Numbered from the stretch's first letter, positions 32,984 to 43,728 are shown. The stretch: DNA of 64,000 nucleotides from an uncultured cyanobacterium (GCA_963765575.1 CAVXWZ010000002.1:256001-320000), one strand, 5' to 3'. Made by a program: numbers and translations. Notes: generated from the sequence alone by a model not told the origin.

Positions 32984-34968
32984 GCCTGATCAGCCTGGTG
33001 GGGGTGCGCAAGGACTTCGGCATCCGCACCCTCTTCGAGAACCTCAGCCTGCATGTGGGCGAACGGGAGCGGCTGGGGCTGATCGGCCCCAACGGCGCCG
33101 GCAAGAGCACCCTGCTGCGCATCCTGGCCGGAGAGGAGCCCCCGGGGGCAGGCAGCAGGCGCACGGCCCCCCACACCCGCATCGTGCTGGTGAGCCAGGA
33201 CCCGCAGCTGCAACCGCAACGCACGGTGCTGGAAGAGGTGTTCGCGGGCAGCGGCGAGAAGCGCGATCTGCTCGGGCGCTACACGGTGGTGAGCGAGGCC
33301 CTGGCCGAGGCCCACCGGCTCGGCAACGACGACACCGCCCTGCTGGCGGAACTGGCCGAGCTCAATGGCCGCATGGACCAGAGCCAGGCCTGGGGGCTGG
33401 AGCAGCAGATCCGGGAGGTGCTTGATCGCCTCGGCGTGCAGGACGTGCAGCGGCGGGTGGGCGAACTCTCCGGCGGCTATCAGCGCCGCCTGGCGCTGGC
33501 GGCGGCCCTGGTGGCGGAACCCGACGTGCTGCTGCTCGATGAGCCCACCAACCACCTCGACGCCGATGGCGTGCAGTGGCTGCAGGGCTACCTGGGTCGC
33601 TTCCCCGGGGCGCTGGTGCTCGTCACCCACGATCGCTACGTGCTCGACCAGCTCAGCGAGCGGATCGTGGCGGTGGATCGCGGCGAGGCCCGTGCCTATG
33701 CGGGCAATTACGCCACCTACCTGGCCCGTCAGGCCGAGGAGGAGGCCGCCGCCGCCGCCGGTGAGGCCCGGCTGCGCGGCGTGCTGAGGCGGGAGCTGGA
33801 GTGGTTGCGGCGTGGTCCCCAGGCCCGCAGCACCAAACAGAAGGCCCGCATCCAGCGCATCGAGGCCATGCAGGAGCTGCCGCAGCGCCAGCAGCGGGGG
33901 CAGCTGAGCCTGACCAGCAGCAGCCGTCGGCTGGGTCGGCGGGCGATCGAGGCCGAAGACCTCACGCTCTGGGCCAGCCCGGAGGCCCGCAGCGCCGGGG
34001 CGGATCCCCTGCTCACGGGCTTCAGCTACGACTTCAGCCCCGAGGACCGGGTGGGGATCATCGGCCCCAACGGCAGCGGCAAGAGCAGCCTGCTCAACCT
34101 GATCGCCGCGGCGGCCCGGCCCGACACCGCCGCGGCGGCGCCCCCCGGCCACAGCGGCCGACTGGAGCTGGGCAGCACCGTGAAGCTGGCCTACTTCGAC
34201 CAGCACAGCCACGTGCTCGAGAACAGCCGCGATGCGGCGGGGCGGCAGCGCCGGGTGCTGGACGTGGTGCAGGACGCAGCCAGCACGGTGGAGCTGGGCG
34301 GCAGCGTCCTCAGCGCCTCCCAGCTGCTGGAGCGGTTTCTGTTTCCGCCGGCCCAGCAGCACCAGCCGCTGAACCGGCTGTCGGGAGGGGAGCGCCGGCG
34401 GCTGCACCTCTGCCGGCTGCTGATCGGGGCACCGAATGTGTTGCTGCTGGACGAGCCCACCAACGACCTCGACGTGCAGACCCTGACGGTGCTCGAGGAT
34501 TTTCTGGAGGACTTCCGCGGCTGCGTGCTGGTGGTGTCCCACGACCGTTACTTCCTCGACCGCACGGTGGACCGGCTGTTCGTGGTTCGCAGCGGCCGGC
34601 TGGAGCGCTTCGAGGGCAACTACAGCGCCTATCTGGAGCTGCGGCGGGCCAGCGCCCAGCCCTCGCCGGCCACGGCCACGGACGCGGCCACGGCCACGGC
34701 CACGGCCAAGGCGATGGCGATGGCGGAGCCCGCCCAGTCGGGGGCGAAGCCGCGCCGACGCAGCTTCCGCGAGCAACGGGAGCTGGCCCACCTGGAGGAC
34801 CAGCTGCCCCAGTGGGAGCAACGGCGCGAGCAGCTGCAGGTCCTGCTGGCGGCCGGCAGCAGCGACTATTCCGCCCTCCAGGAGCTGACCCAGGAACTGG
34901 CCGGGCTGGGCGAGCGCATCGCGGCGGGCGAAGAGCGCTGGCTGGAACTGAGCGATCTGCCCGCGTGA
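32980..34968 (+). CDS. ABC-F family ATPase (Uup-like)
   Basis: Two NBDs (GPNGAGKS and GPNGSGKS; LSGG; LLLDEPTN), no TM segments, C-terminal coiled coil. Confidence 0.93.
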   Translation: MSLISLVGVRKDFGIRTLFENLSLHVGERERLGLIGPNGAGKSTLLRILAGEEPPGAGSRRTAPHTRIVLVSQDPQLQPQRTVLEEVFAGSGEKRDLLGRYTVVSEALAEAHRLGNDDTALLAELAELNGRMDQSQAWGLEQQIREVLDRLGVQDVQRRVGELSGGYQRRLALAAALVAEPDVLLLDEPTNHLDADGVQWLQGYLGRFPGALVLVTHDRYVLDQLSERIVAVDRGEARAYAGNYATYLARQAEEEAAAAAGEARLRGVLRRELEWLRRGPQARSTKQKARIQRIEAMQELPQRQQRGQLSLTSSSRRLGRRAIEAEDLTLWASPEARSAGADPLLTGFSYDFSPEDRVGIIGPNGSGKSSLLNLIAAAARPDTAAAAPPGHSGRLELGSTVKLAYFDQHSHVLENSRDAAGRQRRVLDVVQDAASTVELGGSVLSASQLLERFLFPPAQQHQPLNRLSGGERRRLHLCRLLIGAPNVLLLDEPTNDLDVQTLTVLEDFLEDFRGCVLVVSHDRYFLDRTVDRLFVVRSGRLERFEGNYSAYLELRRASAQPSPATATDAATATATAKAMAMAEPAQSGAKPRRRSFREQRELAHLEDQLPQWEQRREQLQVLLAAGSSDYSALQELTQELAGLGERIAAGEERWLELSDLPA

Positions 34969-35104
34969 GCGGATCAACAATCAGGAGGGCTGATCTGGTC
35001 CAGTGACTGGGCCTGATCAGCAGCTGCCCAAAAAGCCCCTCATTCAGCGCACCACACCCGTATGGTGGGCCTCGACGAGCATCAACCCTCCCGGGCGCGG
35101 ACGC

Positions 35105-35338
35105 ATGAACTCCCTCGACGATCACACCATCGACGATCACATTCAGAAGGACAGGAGCGAAATCGAATCCGCTCGTGCCGCTGGAAACGATGGCAAGGTG
35201 CGCCACCTCGAAGAAGAGCTCAAGGGCCTCGAGGAGTACAAGTCGCACCACCCCGATGACAAGCACGACCCCAGCCCCCTGGAGGTCTACTGCGAGATGA
35301 ACCCGGAAGCCCCCGAGTGCCGGGTCTACGACGACTGA
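35105..35338 (+). CDS. cp12: CP12 Calvin-cycle regulator (C-terminal Cys pair only)
   Basis: [20 protein letters not shown]-terminus; ATG at 35105. Confidence 0.9.
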   Translation: MNSLDDHTIDDHIQKDRSEIESARAAGNDGKVRHLEEELKGLEEYKSHHPDDKHDPSPLEVYCEMNPEAPECRVYDD

Positions 35339-36351
35339 GCCGGCACCTCCTTCAGCTGGTCATGCTTCTGCAGCGTCTCCCAGACAACCGCAAGCAGGCT
35401 GTTGAGGTTGGCCGATGTGACCGCCGACACCGCCAGCACGGGCTGGGGGCAGTGACCCTGCAACGCTGCGATTTTGTCCGCTAATTCCTGGGGATCCAGC
35501 AGCTCGATTTTGTTGAGCACCGGGATCCGCTGACGGTCCATCAGCCCATGGCCATAGGCCTGCAGTTCCCGCTCCACCACCTGCAGGTCCTCCAGCACCG
35601 ACTCCGAGGAGGCATCCACCAGGTGGATCAGCAGCCGGGTGCGCTCAATGTGGCGCAGAAACTCGTGGCCGAGCCCCGCTCCCTGGGCCGCACCGGCGAT
35701 CAGCCCAGGGATATCGGCGAACACCGCGCCATCGCCACTGGGCCGGCGCACCACGCCGAGGTTGGGGACCAGGGTGGTGAAGGGATAGTCGGCGATCCGC
35801 GGACGGGCTGAACTGAGTACGGAGATCAGCGTGCTCTTGCCCGCATTGGGCAGCCCGATGATGCCCACCTCGGCCAGCAGCTTGAGTTCCAGTTGCAGCA
35901 GCCACTCCTCGCCCTCCCGGCCCTCGGTGAACTTCTCCGGGGCACGATTGCGGTTGCTGAGGTAGTGGGCATTGCCGAGGCCGCCACGGCCGCCGAAGGC
36001 CACCGGCAGCTCATCGCCGGGTGCGGTGAGATCGCCAAGCACGATGCCGGTGCGCGCATCGCGCACCTCAGTGCCGCAGGGCACGAGGATCAGCAGCGGC
36101 CGGCCACTGGCACCGGTGCGGCGGTTGGGCCCACCGCGCCGGCCGTCATCGGCGCCGAACAGCCGCTTGTATTTGAAGTCGAGCAGGGTCTGCAGGTTGG
36201 CGTCGGCGACCAGCACCACATCAGCTCCCCGGCCGCCATCACCGCCGGAGGGGCCACCGGCCGGGACATACTTCTCGCGTCGAAAGGCGACGATTCCGTC
36301 GCCGCCGCGGCCGGCCTTGACGGTGACGCGGGCCTGGTCGATGAACTGCAT
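35326..36351 (-). CDS. obgE: GTPase ObgE/CgtA
   Basis: MQFIDQA...[37 protein letters not shown] and NKIE motifs. Confidence 0.97.
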   Translation of the reverse strand: MQFIDQARVTVKAGRGGDGIVAFRREKYVPAGGPSGGDGGRGADVVLVADANLQTLLDFKYKRLFGADDGRRGGPNRRTGASGRPLLILVPCGTEVRDARTGIVLGDLTAPGDELPVAFGGRGGLGNAHYLSNRNRAPEKFTEGREGEEWLLQLELKLLAEVGIIGLPNAGKSTLISVLSSARPRIADYPFTTLVPNLGVVRRPSGDGAVFADIPGLIAGAAQGAGLGHEFLRHIERTRLLIHLVDASSESVLEDLQVVERELQAYGHGLMDRQRIPVLNKIELLDPQELADKIAALQGHCPQPVLAVSAVTSANLNSLLAVVWETLQKHDQLKEVPAQSS

Positions 36352-36398
36352 TGGCCCAAACCTAGGATCACGCCTCAGCCGTTGTCCGGGACCACACG

Positions 36399-37619
36399 TT
36401 GGCCGAGGTTCGTTTCCAGCACGTGAGCAAGACCTTCCCGCCCCGGCGCGGAGGCGCACCGGTGCAGGTGCTGCGCGACCTCAACCTGCACATTCCCGAC
36501 GGCGAATTCCTGGTGCTGGTGGGGCCCTCCGGCTGCGGCAAGAGCACCCTGCTGCGCTTGCTGGCCGGGCTTGAGCAGCCGAGCAGCGGCGAAATCGTGG
36601 TGGGGGATCGGCCGGTGACCAGGCTGCGGCCCTCGCGCCGGGATGTGGCCATGGTGTTTCAGAGCTACGCCCTCTACCCGCACCTGTCGGTGGCGGGCAA
36701 CATCGGTTTCGGGTTGCGGCGCAGCCGTCCGCGCACGGCCCTCCAGCACCTGCAGGACAGCCTGCACCTGGCCAGCCGCCGCCTGCCGTCAGTGTTGCGG
36801 GTGCCGTCGCCGCGGGAGGAGCGCATCGAGGGCCGCATCGCCGAGGTGGCGGCTGCCCTGGAGCTGGAGCCGCTGCTGGGGCGGCTGCCCAAGGAACTCT
36901 CCGGGGGCCAGAAGCAACGGGTGGCCCTGGGCCGGGCGATCGCCCGCCAGCCGGCGGTGTTCCTGATGGATGAACCCCTCAGCAACCTCGACGCCAAGCT
37001 GCGTGCCGGCACCCGGGCCCAGATCGTCGACCTGCAACGGCGCCTGGGCACCACCACCCTTTACGTCACCCACGACCAGGTGGAGGCGATGACGATGGGC
37101 CATCGCATCGCCGTGCTCAACGCCGGGCGGCTGCAGCAGCTGGGCACACCGATGCAGCTCTACCGCTGGCCCGCCAACCTGTTCGTGGCCCAGTTCATCG
37201 GCAGTCCGCCCATGAACCTGCTGCCGGTGGAGGTGATCGCCCCCGGCCAGTTGCAGCTGGGCAGCCGCCGGATGGCCATCGAGGGCCCGCTGGCCGACAG
37301 CCTGGCCGGCCGCGTCGGGCACCGGCTCAGCGGCGGACTGCGGCCCGAGCACCTGCGGCTGGCGCCAGCCACCAACCGCAACCTGCGGGCCACCGTGAGC
37401 CACAGCGAGGCCCTCGGCAACGAACAGCTGGTCACCTGTCAGCTGGAGGAGGGCGACCATCTGGTGCAGCTGCGGGTGGCACCGGAGGATCAGCTGACCC
37501 CCGGCAGCACCATCCACCTGGAGGTGGATCCCGCCGGCTGGCGTCTGTTCGATGCCGGCGGCGAGGCCCTGCCGCTGCCCAGCCACCCGGGGCAGCCGCC
37601 CCTGCTGCCTGAGCTCTGA
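36399..37619 (+). CDS. MalK-like sugar/osmolyte ABC transporter ATP-binding protein
   Basis: [27 protein letters not shown] and DEPLSNLD motifs, TOBE-like C-terminus; TTG start. Confidence 0.92.
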   Translation: MAEVRFQHVSKTFPPRRGGAPVQVLRDLNLHIPDGEFLVLVGPSGCGKSTLLRLLAGLEQPSSGEIVVGDRPVTRLRPSRRDVAMVFQSYALYPHLSVAGNIGFGLRRSRPRTALQHLQDSLHLASRRLPSVLRVPSPREERIEGRIAEVAAALELEPLLGRLPKELSGGQKQRVALGRAIARQPAVFLMDEPLSNLDAKLRAGTRAQIVDLQRRLGTTTLYVTHDQVEAMTMGHRIAVLNAGRLQQLGTPMQLYRWPANLFVAQFIGSPPMNLLPVEVIAPGQLQLGSRRMAIEGPLADSLAGRVGHRLSGGLRPEHLRLAPATNRNLRATVSHSEALGNEQLVTCQLEEGDHLVQLRVAPEDQLTPGSTIHLEVDPAGWRLFDAGGEALPLPSHPGQPPLLPEL

Positions 37620-37633
37620 GCGCGGAACCGCCC

Positions 37634-40075
37634 TCAGCGGGGATGGACCACGCTGCAGCCGGCGCCGCCATCGGAGCGCTCGGCATCGTGCACCCGCTCC
37701 ACGTAGGGCAGGGTGTCGAGCCAGGCCCGCAGCCCGCGCTTGAGCCGGCCGGTGCCGATGCCATGGATCACCCACACCGGACCGGCGGCGGCCCGCAGCG
37801 TTTCGTCCACCGCCGCTTCCGCCTCGTGCACCCGCAGACCGCGCACGTCCACGGTGTTGCCCGCGGTGCGCACATCCGGGCCGCGGGCGGCCAGGGCCCG
37901 GCGCCCCCGCACCTGAACCCGCACCTCGGCAGGGGCCGGCTTCTCCCCCTGCAGGCCCTCGATGCCCGCCAGGGGCACGCTGAGGCGCAGCACGCCGCAC
38001 CGCACCGTGAGCTCGCGGCGGTCAGCGGCGAGCTCCAGCACCTCGGCGGCTTTGCCCAGGGAGAGCACCCGCACCCGGTCCCCCACCGCCGGCATCCAGC
38101 CCGCATGCTCCCTCCGCTCCAGCCGGGGACTGTGCTGCTGCTCGAGGTGCTTGAGCCGGCGGCCGGCCTGACGGGCCGTTTCCCCCAGCTCCGCCGGATC
38201 GACGCGGCCGCCGCCATCGCCCTGGCGCAGCCGGCGGATGATGCGCCGCACCTCATGCTGACCCTGGCGGATGGAGCGCTCCAGCTGCTGGCGGCGCTGC
38301 TCCTGCTGCTCAGCGCTCTGCTGCTGCTGCTGCTGCCAGCGGGAGAGCAGCTCTTCATGGAGCAGTTCGGTGCGGGCCAGCAGGGCCGCGGCCTCCTCGG
38401 CCGCCTCCTGCTGGCGCTGGCGCTGCTCCTCCAGGCCCGCGATCACCTGATTCACCTCGCCCTCGCCGCGGGGCGCAAGCACCAGGGCGGCCTGCTCCAG
38501 CACCGCCGCATCCAGACCCAGCCGCCGGGCGATGGCCAGGGCGTTGCTGCGGCCGGGGATCCCCCACTGCAGGTGGTAGGTGGGGGCGAGGGTCTGCTCA
38601 TCGAAGGCCACGGAGGCGTTCTCGAAGCGGGGGTCGGCGTATTTGAGGGCCTTCAGCTCTCCCAGATGGGTGGTGGCCAGGGTGAGGCGGGCCCGCTCCG
38701 CCAGATGCTGGAGCAGGGCCGTGGCCAGGGCCGCCCCCTCCACCGGATCGGTGCCCGCACCCACCTCATCCAGCAGCACCAGGGAGGCGCCGGCGGCGGC
38801 TGGTCCAGCGGCGGGCTGGGCAGCGGCGGGCAGGGCCTCGAGGATGCGGGCAATGCGGCGGATGTGGCCGCTGAAGGTGGAGAGGTTCTGCTGCAGCGAC
38901 TGCTCATCGCCGATGTCGGCCAGCACCTGGGCGCACCAGGGCAGCCGCGGCGTGCCGCGACAGGGCAGGAACAGGCCGGCCCGGGCCATCAGCGCCGCCA
39001 GACCAATGCTCTTGAGGGTCACGGTCTTGCCGCCGGTGTTGGGGCCGGTGATGGCCACCACCCGCAGCGCTGGAGCCACGCTGACGCTCACCGGCACCAC
39101 GGCCTGCCCCCCCTCCCGCTTGTGCTGCCACAGCAGCAGGGGATGGCGCAGGTCCCGCAGCTCGAAGGGGGCTTCGGGGGTGTCCGCCAACGCCGGACGC
39201 ACGGCCCCCAGCCAGGCGCCGTAACGGGCGCGGGCGAGGGCCGCGTCGAGGCGCACCAGGGCGGCCCGCAGAACGTCGAGGGGGCCGGCCTGCTCCCCCA
39301 CCGCCGCACTGAGCTCACGCAGCACGGCCTGCTCCAGCTCCCGCTCCTGGGCATCGAGATCGCGGATGCGGTTGCCCAGCGCCAGCACGGCCTGGGGCTC
39401 GATGAACAGGGTCTGGCCGGAGGCGGAACTGTCGTGCACCTGGCCCGGCAGCTGGGCGGCAGCGCCGGCCTTCACCGCCAGCACGGGCCGGCCGCCGCGC
39501 TCGGCGACCACGGAGTCCTGCAGCAGCGGGGCCGAGCGGCGCAGCAGCTCCTGGAGGCGCGCGCGGCGCTCGGCGCGGGCGGCCTGAAGCTGGCGCCGCA
39601 ACCCCGCCAGGGGAGGGCTGGCCCGATCGGCGACGCGGCCCCCCTCCTCGAGGCAGAAGCGCAGCCGCTGCTCCAGCTCCGGCAGCGTGCTCAGCCCCGA
39701 CACCACGGCGCTGGTCACCGGCCGCAGGGCCGGGTCGTCGATCTGACGCCGCAACCGCCGCGCCGCGGCCAGGGTGGCCGCCAGTTCGAGCAGGGCCTCG
39801 CCCGAGGCCACGCCGCCCTTGGCGCACAGGCCCAGGCTGGGGGCGATGTCGGCCACGCCCTGGAAGCTCAGTCCGCCCTCAAGTAACCCATCGAGGGCCA
39901 GCAGTTCAGTGGTCTCGGCCAGCAGGGTGCGGCTTGCCGCCACGGTTGCGGGCAGGGGCAGGCCGCAACAATGGCGCCCACCGGCGGCGGTGCTGGCGAA
40001 GCTGGCCAGGTGGGCGGCGAGGCGGGGCCACTCCAGCAGCTCGAGGGTCTCCTGGGCGATCGCGGCCGCACTCAC
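37634..40075 (-). CDS. mutS2: Endonuclease MutS2
   Basis: ITGPNTGGKT, DIGDEQSLQQNLSTFSGH and LLDEVGAGTDP motifs, with a C-terminal Smr domain (IHGIGTG). Confidence 0.95.
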   Translation of the reverse strand: MSAAAIAQETLELLEWPRLAAHLASFASTAAGGRHCCGLPLPATVAASRTLLAETTELLALDGLLEGGLSFQGVADIAPSLGLCAKGGVASGEALLELAATLAAARRLRRQIDDPALRPVTSAVVSGLSTLPELEQRLRFCLEEGGRVADRASPPLAGLRRQLQAARAERRARLQELLRRSAPLLQDSVVAERGGRPVLAVKAGAAAQLPGQVHDSSASGQTLFIEPQAVLALGNRIRDLDAQERELEQAVLRELSAAVGEQAGPLDVLRAALVRLDAALARARYGAWLGAVRPALADTPEAPFELRDLRHPLLLWQHKREGGQAVVPVSVSVAPALRVVAITGPNTGGKTVTLKSIGLAALMARAGLFLPCRGTPRLPWCAQVLADIGDEQSLQQNLSTFSGHIRRIARILEALPAAAQPAAGPAAAGASLVLLDEVGAGTDPVEGAALATALLQHLAERARLTLATTHLGELKALKYADPRFENASVAFDEQTLAPTYHLQWGIPGRSNALAIARRLGLDAAVLEQAALVLAPRGEGEVNQVIAGLEEQRQRQQEAAEEAAALLARTELLHEELLSRWQQQQQQSAEQQEQRRQQLERSIRQGQHEVRRIIRRLRQGDGGGRVDPAELGETARQAGRRLKHLEQQHSPRLERREHAGWMPAVGDRVRVLSLGKAAEVLELAADRRELTVRCGVLRLSVPLAGIEGLQGEKPAPAEVRVQVRGRRALAARGPDVRTAGNTVDVRGLRVHEAEAAVDETLRAAAGPVWVIHGIGTGRLKRGLRAWLDTLPYVERVHDAERSDGGAGCSVVHPR

Positions 40076-40500
40076 GGGGCCGGCGGCGGGATCGGTGCCT
40101 GCCCGACGATGTTGCTGGGGATGCCGGTGGCGGGCTCGTAGAGCAGTTCAAGCCAGTTGCCCTCGGGGTCCCGCAGATAGCAGCTGGCGGTGCCATCGCG
40201 GTGGTCGTGCACGGGGCCGCAGCGGTGCCCGGCGGCCACGAGCTCGGCGCGGGCGGCATCCACCTCAGCGCGGTCGCTGAAGTGCAGGGCGACGTGGGGG
40301 CCGGCGGCGCTGTAGTCGGCGCTCAGCAGGGCGATGCCGGCACCGTCACCGGGCCACTGCAGGTAGGCCCAGTCGGCCGCATCCCAGGTGAGGCGCAGGC
40401 CGAGGGCCTGGTAGAAGGCCTTGGAGCGGGCGATGTCCTGCACCCGCAGGGCCACATGGCCGAGGCGGTGGCGAACGGTGGCAACGGGATCGCTGGCCAT
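40072..40500 (-). CDS. VOC (glyoxalase/bleomycin resistance) family protein
   Basis: LGHVALRV, HVAL and YLRDPEGNWLEL motifs. ATG overlaps the hemB stop. Confidence 0.88.
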   Translation of the reverse strand: MASDPVATVRHRLGHVALRVQDIARSKAFYQALGLRLTWDAADWAYLQWPGDGAGIALLSADYSAAGPHVALHFSDRAEVDAARAELVAAGHRCGPVHDHRDGTASCYLRDPEGNWLELLYEPATGIPSNIVGQAPIPPPAP

Positions 40501-41501
40501 CAGGCCTGGCGCAGCCACGTGGCCGCGTCGCAGGCGTGGTAGGTGAGGATCAGGTTGGCACCGGCGCGCTTGAAGCACAGCAAGGTTTCCAGCACCACGG
40601 CCTGCTCGTCGATCCAGCCCCGTTCCGCCGCGGCCTTCACCATCGCGTATTCACCGCTGACGTTGTAGGCGGCAATCGGCTGCTCGCTCTCAGAGCGCAG
40701 CCGGTGGATGATGTCGAGGTAGGCCAGACCGGGCTTCACCATCAGGATGTCGGCCCCTTCGCTCTCATCGAGCTGGGCCTCCAGAATCGCCTCGCGGCCA
40801 TTGGCCGGATCCATCTGATACGTGCTCTTGTCGTCGGGAATGGGCTTGCCGCTGTTGGCGCGAGGTGCTGAATCCAGGGCTTCGCGGAACGGGCCGTAGT
40901 AGGCGCTGGCGTATTTGGCGCTGTAGCTGATGATCCCCACGTGCTCGAAACCCTCCTCGTCGAGGGCTTCACGGATGGCGCCGACACGGCCGTCCATCAT
41001 GTCGCTGGGTCCGATCAGGTCGGCGCCGGCGCGGGCCTGCACCACCGCCTGCTTGCAGAGGATCGCCACCGTCTCATCGTTCAGCACCACGCCCTCGGGG
41101 CTGACGATGCCGTCATGGCCATCACAGGAGTAGGGATCGAGGGCCACGTCCGTCATGATCGCCATGCCGGGGTGGGCCTGCTTGATCCGCCGGATGGCCC
41201 GCGGAATCAGGCCGTGCTCGTTGCAGCACTCGGCCCCATCCTCCGATTTCAGACCATCGGCCACCTTGGGGAACAGCACCACGCAGCGGATGCCCAGGTC
41301 CCAGGCCCGCCCCACTTCGGCCACCAGACCCTCCTGGCTCCAGCGCTGGCAACCGGGCATGGCGGCGATCGGTTCGTTGCTGGCCCCCTCATGCACGAAC
41401 AGGGGGTAGATGAAGTCGGCTGCAGTGAGCTGATGCTCCCGCACCATCGCCCGCAGGGCCGGGGTGCGGCGCAGCCGGCGGGGGCGGTAGGAGAGCTCCA
41501 T
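40500..41501 (-). CDS. hemB: Porphobilinogen synthase
   Basis: RPRRLR, DVALDPY, SDMMDGR, YQMDPAN, MVKPG and YNVSGEY motifs. Confidence 0.97.
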   Translation of the reverse strand: MELSYRPRRLRRTPALRAMVREHQLTAADFIYPLFVHEGASNEPIAAMPGCQRWSQEGLVAEVGRAWDLGIRCVVLFPKVADGLKSEDGAECCNEHGLIPRAIRRIKQAHPGMAIMTDVALDPYSCDGHDGIVSPEGVVLNDETVAILCKQAVVQARAGADLIGPSDMMDGRVGAIREALDEEGFEHVGIISYSAKYASAYYGPFREALDSAPRANSGKPIPDDKSTYQMDPANGREAILEAQLDESEGADILMVKPGLAYLDIIHRLRSESEQPIAAYNVSGEYAMVKAAAERGWIDEQAVVLETLLCFKRAGANLILTYHACDAATWLRQA

Positions 41502-41547
41502 GCAGGGCTTGAGAGGGCCCTGGATCCTACGGAGACAGGGGCGGGGC

Positions 41548-42513
41548 CTAGAGCTGGGCCAGCTGGGCCCAGCCGGCCCGGGGGTCGACGCTGCGGGCGG
41601 CCCGCAACTCCTCGAGCAGGCTGCGTTCGCGCTCGCTGAGGGGCTCCGGCAGTTTGAGCACGGGGGTGAGCAGCAGGTCGCCGCGCCCGCCCTTGAGCGG
41701 CCAGCCCTTGCCTTTCAGCCGCAGGCTGCGGCCCGGGGTGAGGCCGGGAGGCACCTGCACCGAAGCCTCGCCGTCGGGGGTTGCCACCCGCACCTGACCG
41801 CCCAGGGCGAGCTCGTCGAGACTGAGGGGGAGCTCGGCGCGGAGCTGCTCACCATCGAGCTTCCACACCGGATGCTCCTGCAGCTGGATGGTGAGGTAGA
41901 GATCACCGCGGCGGCCCGTGCCCGGCTGCAGGTTGCCCTTGCCCTTGAGCCGCAGGCGGCTGCCGGGTTTGACGCCGGCGGGGATGCGCACCGCGACCCG
42001 CTCCTCGTTGACCGCCAGGGCACGCTCGCAGCCGCGGAAGGCCTCCGCCAGGCTGAGGCGGATGGTGGCGTCGGCGTCGAGATTGGCGGCACCTGCAGGA
42101 GCGCCGCCACCGAAGCCACTGGCCCCGAAGCCACCGGGAAAGCCGCTGCTGAAACCGAAGCCGCCGCTGCCGCCAGGCTGGGGCCCACCGCCGAAGCGCC
42201 CGAGCAGGTCGTTGATGAAGTCGTCGAAGTTGCCGTAGCGGCCGAAGTCCACATCCATGCCGCCGGAGCCGGCACCGGCCTGGCTCCAGTACTGGCCGAA
42301 CTGTTCGTAGCGACGGCGCTTGTCGGGATCGGAGAGCACCTCGTAGGCCTCGCTGATCTCCTTGAAGCGCGCTTCTGACGCCTTGTCTCCGGGATTGACA
42401 TCCGGATGGAACTGCCGGGCCAGCTTGCGGAAGGAGCGCTTGATCGTGTCGGCATCGGCACTCCGCTCCACGCCCAGCACCTTGAAGTAGTCGCGGTAGC
42501 CGTTGGCGTTCAT
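41548..42513 (-). CDS. DnaJ-class (type II, CbpA-like) chaperone
   Basis: J-domain with HPD, a G/F-rich region, no zinc finger and a DnaJ C-terminal domain. True start is ATG 42513. Confidence 0.92.
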   Translation of the reverse strand: MNANGYRDYFKVLGVERSADADTIKRSFRKLARQFHPDVNPGDKASEARFKEISEAYEVLSDPDKRRRYEQFGQYWSQAGAGSGGMDVDFGRYGNFDDFINDLLGRFGGGPQPGGSGGFGFSSGFPGGFGASGFGGGAPAGAANLDADATIRLSLAEAFRGCERALAVNEERVAVRIPAGVKPGSRLRLKGKGNLQPGTGRRGDLYLTIQLQEHPVWKLDGEQLRAELPLSLDELALGGQVRVATPDGEASVQVPPGLTPGRSLRLKGKGWPLKGGRGDLLLTPVLKLPEPLSERERSLLEELRAARSVDPRAGWAQLAQL

Positions 42514-42663
42514 CGCGGGGCAGCGCTGGCGAGGATGGGACAAGGCCTCCAGTCTCTCAGCTCCCGTGGAGCCCTGCGGCCCAAGCGCCAGCGTTGGCGT
42601 CGCCAAGGATGGCGGCGGCTGGGAGCAGGCTCCCGTAGCCTGGCCGGCCCTGCTGAGACACCC

Positions 42664-43158
42664 GTGGCACGATCCGGCTGGCATCGCCCCCTGGCGCTGG
42701 TGCCGCTCACGCTCGGCCTGATGGCCTTGATGGCCTGCGCCGGTGCTGGCGCGGGGGACCGCGGCCGGGGGGACACCATCGCCAGGGAGCAGACGGGCAG
42801 TGCCGGCAGGGCTGGCTCCACGTCGCCGCGGCTGGGGGAGGCCCTCGACAAGTCCAACGACGAACAGAAGGCCCTCAGCGCCCATCTGCGCGCGCGGGGG
42901 GCGGTGTTCTACGGGGCCTGGTGGTGTCCGGCCTGCTTCCAGCAGAAGAGCCTGTTCGGCAAGCAGGCCGGCAACACCCTCCCCTATGTGGAATGCGACG
43001 AGGAGCCCGGCCGCGCCCGCTGTCAGGCGGCCGAAGTGCGCGCCTTCCCCACCTGGGAGCTGGAGGGCAAGCCGCGCCTGGAAGGCGTCCAGAGCCTGGA
43101 CGAGCTGAAGGCCTGGAGTGGGTTCGAGGCCGGTGGCGCGGCGGCGGCCCAGCCCTGA
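42664..43158 (+). CDS. Thioredoxin-like lipoprotein (similar to the Trx domain of cyanobacterial VKOR/DsbAB)
   Basis: YGAWWCPAC, QKSLFG, YVEC, FPTW and GVQSL motifs. A lipobox-like LMAC follows the inferred GTG start at 42664. Confidence 0.8.
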   Translation: MARSGWHRPLALVPLTLGLMALMACAGAGAGDRGRGDTIAREQTGSAGRAGSTSPRLGEALDKSNDEQKALSAHLRARGAVFYGAWWCPACFQQKSLFGKQAGNTLPYVECDEEPGRARCQAAEVRAFPTWELEGKPRLEGVQSLDELKAWSGFEAGGAAAAQP

Positions 43159-43237
43159 GCGCCAATCCGCCAGTCGGCCTGGTCCCACCGGGCCGATCTG
43201 GGGCAGATTGGAATCTGTCCTTGCGCCAGCTGCGGCA

Positions 43238-43678
43238 ATGCCTGTCCCCCTGATTCGGGGCTCCCTGCTGGGGGGTGTCCTGGGTCTGCTCAGCTTGAGT
43301 GCCAGCAGCGCCCAGGCCCAGACCCTGCTCGATGTGATGGGGGCCGCCGCCATCCAGAACAGCCTGCAAAGCCTGCCTGCCGGGGGCGCCAGCGGCGTGA
43401 TCGAACGCAGCCGCAGCACGGTGGATCAGGCCACCCAGGCCGAGCTGCTGCGCCTGAATCTGCTGCAGCAGCTGGCCGGCAGCGGCAGGGCCCAGGGAGC
43501 ACCGGCCACCCTGAGGACGCCGCTGGTGCCCAGGGTCCAGGCCCCCGGTGCTGCCGGTACGCCTGGCCCCGCCGCCACGCCGGTGATCACGGCCCAGGTG
43601 AATGGCCAGCTCGTGCCCTACTGCTCCCACGGCGGCCTCTGCCATGGGGCCCTGCTGCGGGCCGTCCGCTACCCCTGA
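43238..43678 (+). CDS. Secreted hypothetical protein
   Basis: Signal peptide ending AQA-Q; C-terminal YCSHGGLCHG. Confidence 0.6.
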   Translation: MPVPLIRGSLLGGVLGLLSLSASSAQAQTLLDVMGAAAIQNSLQSLPAGGASGVIERSRSTVDQATQAELLRLNLLQQLAGSGRAQGAPATLRTPLVPRVQAPGAAGTPGPAATPVITAQVNGQLVPYCSHGGLCHGALLRAVRYP

Positions 43679-43702
43679 GGCGGCGCGGCAGCGGACCAGG
43701 CC

Positions 43703-43728
43703 AAATAAAAAGGGCCCTTCCAGGCCCC
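43703..43728 (-). terminator. Terminator at the 3' end of the tmRNA gene
   Basis: Minus strand reads ggggcc-tggaag-ggccct followed by ttttattt. Confidence 0.75.

Noticed and set aside
41548..43419. 623-aa DnaJ fusion
   Set aside because: The extra N-terminus is antisense to two plus-strand genes; the J-domain starts at 42513.
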